From Adineta vaga (taxonomy: Eukaryota > Animalia > Rotifera): DNA of 64,000 nt. Location: contig CP075496.1 of NCBI GenBank assembly GCA_021613535.1, positions 434,001 through 498,000 on the forward strand, in the 5' to 3' direction. Under the pieces are notes generated by a model that had not been told where the DNA came from, searched no databases, and saw nothing but the letters and a program-made list of their open reading frames with translations. Below, piece by piece: positions 59,986 to 64,000 of the stretch. Numbering within the stretch: position 1 is the stretch's first letter; the number at the start of each line of letters is the position of its first letter. Both the position numbers and the translations under genes were made by a program.

Positions 59986-61180
59986 TCAAAGATAATTATT
60001 AATTATATATGGATCTTGATTATAATTTCTATAAGGATCAAGTAAATGATTTCCATATTGTGCATCAGTTACATTCGAGACATATTCACGTGCTAATGCT
60101 GTTATTAATGGTGAAGGAGTTTGATTATGATAATATTGTTCACTTAATGACTGATTTCCATAAGACATCATCGAGTTATCAGGATAATATTGCTGTTGTT
60201 GTTGTTGTTGTTGTTGATAATGTTGATGCTGATGTTGATCATATGGATAATTGTTATAATCATACTGTGGTTGATATTGAGGTTGATGATATGAATCAGG
60301 TTGATTATATGTTGGATAAACTAATTGACTTATTCCTAACGTTGGTCCTTGAGCTTGTGGAGCCATTCCATATGGACCTATTGGTGAATTTCCCCAAACA
60401 TTTTGTTGATTGTTTCTTAAAGAAATAAAAATGTTTCAGAAAAGAAAAAGATTTAGATTTAATTCAACTAACTTAGATTTTGGTGAAGATTGTTGATTTC
60501 TTGATGACATAGTCATATCTAATATATAGAAAATTAACGAAAAAAAACAAACAATTGTCATAATAAGACCAACAAGACCATTCCACCATGCCCAATCAAG
60601 AAATGCTCCTACACGACCACTTCGACCCTGAACAGACATTACACCTAATGTTGCCGAGAGAAATGTTACTAAAACAAACAAATTCATTCGTTGTTTTTCT
60701 TTTTTTTTTGAAATATTATTCAACATACTACAAATTAGTAGAAGACCGGCAGCTGCAGCGAACATTGTTATAAATAATCCAGCTAGATTTATTATTCCGA
60801 TTATAATAAGAACAGCTGCTATGACATAAAATATTAAAGAAATAATCTCTAATGCTTGTGAAGTTCGAATAAAACCTTTTTTTAGAAAACAAAATTAAAA
60901 TTAAATTTTGAATAAAATCTGAATAAATACTTGGTTTTGATGTTCCAAGTACAAATGTAGTTATATTTGATGAATAAGTATCATCAGCCCATTGATTACA
61001 AAGACCTGATGTTGATGTATCACAAACTCTCCAAAGACCAAAACGAATTGGTGCATCAGTATATGTAATCCATGATGTTCCAGCAAATGAAACAATATTA
61101 AGAACAAGATATGATATTGTTGATAAAACAATCAATCCTAATAAAAATCGTCCAAAACCACTACGAGGAAATAAAACCAT
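59986..61180 (-). CDS. Claudin/PMP22/EMP-like tetraspan protein with Gln/Tyr/Pro-rich cytoplasmic tail, multi-exon
   Basis: W...FGLWRVC...C signature in ECL1; four TM segments across exons; LDWAWW before TM4; low-complexity tail in ORF 59986-60366. Confidence 0.85.
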
Positions 61181-62108
61181 TTCTTTCGCTACTTCTATTA
61201 TTTTGTGAATCCATCCGTATCATATTTTTTACCTTATTATATATATAGTACAGGTAAGGACAAACATATTTTTATATTGACATTTTTCATATCACGTGTT
61301 TTATTTTATATGAACTAAGAAACATTAATTATCTTGACAATAAAAACTATATTTCCATCATTTTGTTTTTCTTATGTAATTATTTTAGAAGAAGAAAAGA
61401 AAAATAGATAAAAACCGTTTTTTTATATATGATTTTACGATTGTCTATAGTCAATAACTATATAAGAATGTAACACATTCATTTGTTGTCCTTCGTTTTC
61501 TATCCAATTTTCTCAAGGAAGTTTCTCATTCATTAAATTAACGATAAGAGTAATCCTTCTTATGAATCTGACATTCAAATCATTGTAGGAATGTTCATAC
61601 TTATGACAAGAAAGATAGAGAAAAAGGTGATTAATCATCTGATCAACATTCTCGTCAAACTATTGATAAATAAAATATTGTGTCACAAAAAAGAACTAGT
61701 CAATGTATACAATTACTTTGTATAGATAAAAGTAGACACGCATAATAATAGTATTGATTCCTTATTTTTTTATGGTATAGTGTCATTTGACCGAAACGGT
61801 TTTTTTTGTGTCGAAATATCGAGAATAAAATAGTGACTTATGTAAAAGAAAATTATTTTATTTTATTAAATCTTTGAAATGTAATGTAATAGTATCAATC
61901 AATACTTGATGAAAGTGTATATTAAAACATGAAACAGTCCAATATTATAATCAAAGAATAGTTGCAGAATTTCGAGCTATCTGCATAGATAAAATCCAAG
62001 AATAGAGTCCAACAGAGTAATATGTTTTTTGTACGTAATGTGAGGGTGTCGTTGAACATTGTTCTTATGAATACACACACCCTCACCTTCAAGATGGTCG
62101 AGATTAAA

Positions 62109-62843
62109 ATGTCTATGTTTCCCGACTTATACGAAAGTATCAATCAATTTCAATCTGCTGGTGGACATGTTCGACGTCGGATTGTAAGAATTAATTTCTT
62201 TTTTTTGATCGTGAACAATACGATTTTCAGTCTGATATATTAGCATAAAAACATATATATAATGAGAGAGATTAAGCGAATAAACTCATTCACAGTGCTT
62301 GAGATTGATAACGAAGAATGGCAATTGATCCCACAATAGAAACCGTATGTAATTCATCTTTCTTCTCGAACAAAAAATGTAGTTGTAGACATATTTCACC
62401 TAATACACTGTGTGAGATTTAGTGAGAAATTATCTGTTATATTAACCTTTTCGATCCCGACATGAGAGACGGAAAGGATTAAGATATGAACAAGTATCAA
62501 ATAATATGAAATATTATTACAAAGCATTTTATTCTGTATTTCTATTTCTATTCAAATTTTAGTTGCTCAATGTTAAACATGAACATGAACAACAAAAACA
62601 GCATTGTGATGACTGTCGAATCTTGTTAATGAATTGTACAAATATGCATTCATCAGAATGGTCAATTTTATTGGATAATCTAACAGCAGCTCATATTAAA
62701 CTCGGTGAAATATTGAATGAATTAAAACGATTAGAATGCAAGTTCATTATTGAATATTTTGAGAAATATTAAATAATATTTTCATTATAGATACTCATAT
62801 CAAATCAGGTGGACATTTACCATATCCTTCAATTTCTATGTAA
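62109..62843 (+). CDS. Small three-exon GGHVRRR-motif protein, copy B (about 100 aa)
   Basis: Exons 62109-62183, 62563-62737, 62791-62843; second intron uses a GC donor (GCAAGT at 62738); AATAAA overlaps the stop. Confidence 0.65.
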
Positions 62844-63254
62844 TAAAAAAAGTCAAATAAATTTACTTTCATCAACTATTTATGATTAGAAACTAATGAT
62901 AGAAATAAAAAAGAAGTCTTTTTTCTTTTATCCATGACAATCAATGAGAAAATCAATAGGAATTCAAATAAACACGATAAAAAGATTTGTATCTCTTATC
63001 TTTGAAATAAACTGAGATATTAGTCACAATTAAAGAAAACATTGCTAAGGATTTTTCTAATTCGTTTATATCATTATTTGTTACTTGTGTAGTAAAATCA
63101 TAAAAATTCAGATCATTTGAAAATATTGATAGATAATAGGTTATTCGAAATGAATTAGTTATTGATTTGTTTTGATAGATATATTTGAGGGAAAAGATTA
63201 TTTATATGTATATATGAGAATTAATAGTGGTAACAAAGAAAAGAAAGAACTAAA

Positions 63255-64000
63255 TTAATAAAAAATTGATCTCGTACGATGAAAAGGTGTTTTTTCATAA
63301 ATATCAGATCGTTCTCGTCTTTTTCTCCATAAATAAACATCAACAAGTGGTTCATTCAATCGTTCACCAAAATCTCCTGTATCTTTTTCTAGAGGAATCT
63401 TTTCATTTGCTTCATTTGCAATAAGATGAACAGCTAAAATAGATGCAGCACGAATTTCACATTCATCGGAATCACCAAATGGTATTTCTTCTTTTTTTTC
63501 TAATCGATGTTTTAATTTAGATGAATAAACGAGAACACCTTCATGTGCCAACACTTGTGGTACACGATAATCAGCAAACATTGTTAAACGATCCTATTTA
63601 CATATTCATTTTCATATGAATTATAGTAGAAGAAAAATAACAAACCATATCAGTAAAATGTGCTATACCATGGCCATTAAAACATCCCCAAATATCACTA
63701 ACTAAGATTTGAGCTCGTTTATAGAAACTTACTAAACGTAGAAAAAAAAGATATTCAATAAACTATTTCAATAAGAAACAAAAATAAACCTCGTTGTCCA
63801 TCATAAACAGCTTCATCTCGATATGCAGGAAATTTTTTTACAACTAATTCTACAAGATCAATAGCACTACCACCACTCTGTTCAATACAACGAAGAAAAT
63901 GTCCACCATATTCCTTCGAATAAAATTAAATAAATATATAAATAAATCAAAATTGTATAACAACAAACCTTAAGAAGAATAGAACCAGTTTCATGTAAAA
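63255..64000 (-). CDS. QNG1: Queuosine-5'-phosphate N-glycosylase / queuosine salvage protein (DUF2419), 3' part only
   Basis: FPAYRDEA, FYKRAQILVSDIW, LTMFADYRVPQVL, EIRAAS, DVYLW, PFHRTRSIFY across short-intron exons; 5' end lies beyond the window. Confidence 0.92.

Overview
AT-rich eukaryotic DNA with very short (about 45-65 nt) GT-AG introns. The gene content strongly suggests a bdelloid rotifer (inference, not proven): four intronless rhodopsin-class GPCRs, three ADP-ribosyltransferase (ART)-TPR genes, an F-box gene, a RING/TRAF gene, a TRPA-like channel, a claudin-like gene, a QNG1-like queuosine-salvage gene (partial) and one tRNA-Ala(AGC). Between about 35 and 53 kb sit four genes of non-metazoan character (DUF3684-type GHKL-ATPase/HEXXH protein, fungal-type histidine acid phosphatase, AtaL/DUF1857-like SRPBCC protein, intron-containing heme-oxygenase-like diiron enzyme), probably horizontally acquired. 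Most notable observations: (1) a 335-bp insertion at 47566-47900 made of a perfect 131-bp inverted repeat plus a 33-nt tail, flanked by a 12-bp direct repeat and carrying a degenerate hammerhead-like motif, which fits a minimal Penelope-like retroelement; (2) ART-TPR proteins with intact R-S-ExE catalytic motifs and position-specific hypervariable 42-aa repeats, a candidate immune sensor-effector system; (3) genes missed by the ORF track, namely a 52-aa Cys/Pro microprotein and a pair of three-exon GGHVRRR proteins; (4) dispersed short hairpins built from telomere-like repeats; (5) several otherwise intact genes each broken by one nonsense codon. All calls come from reading the sequence; no searches were run.
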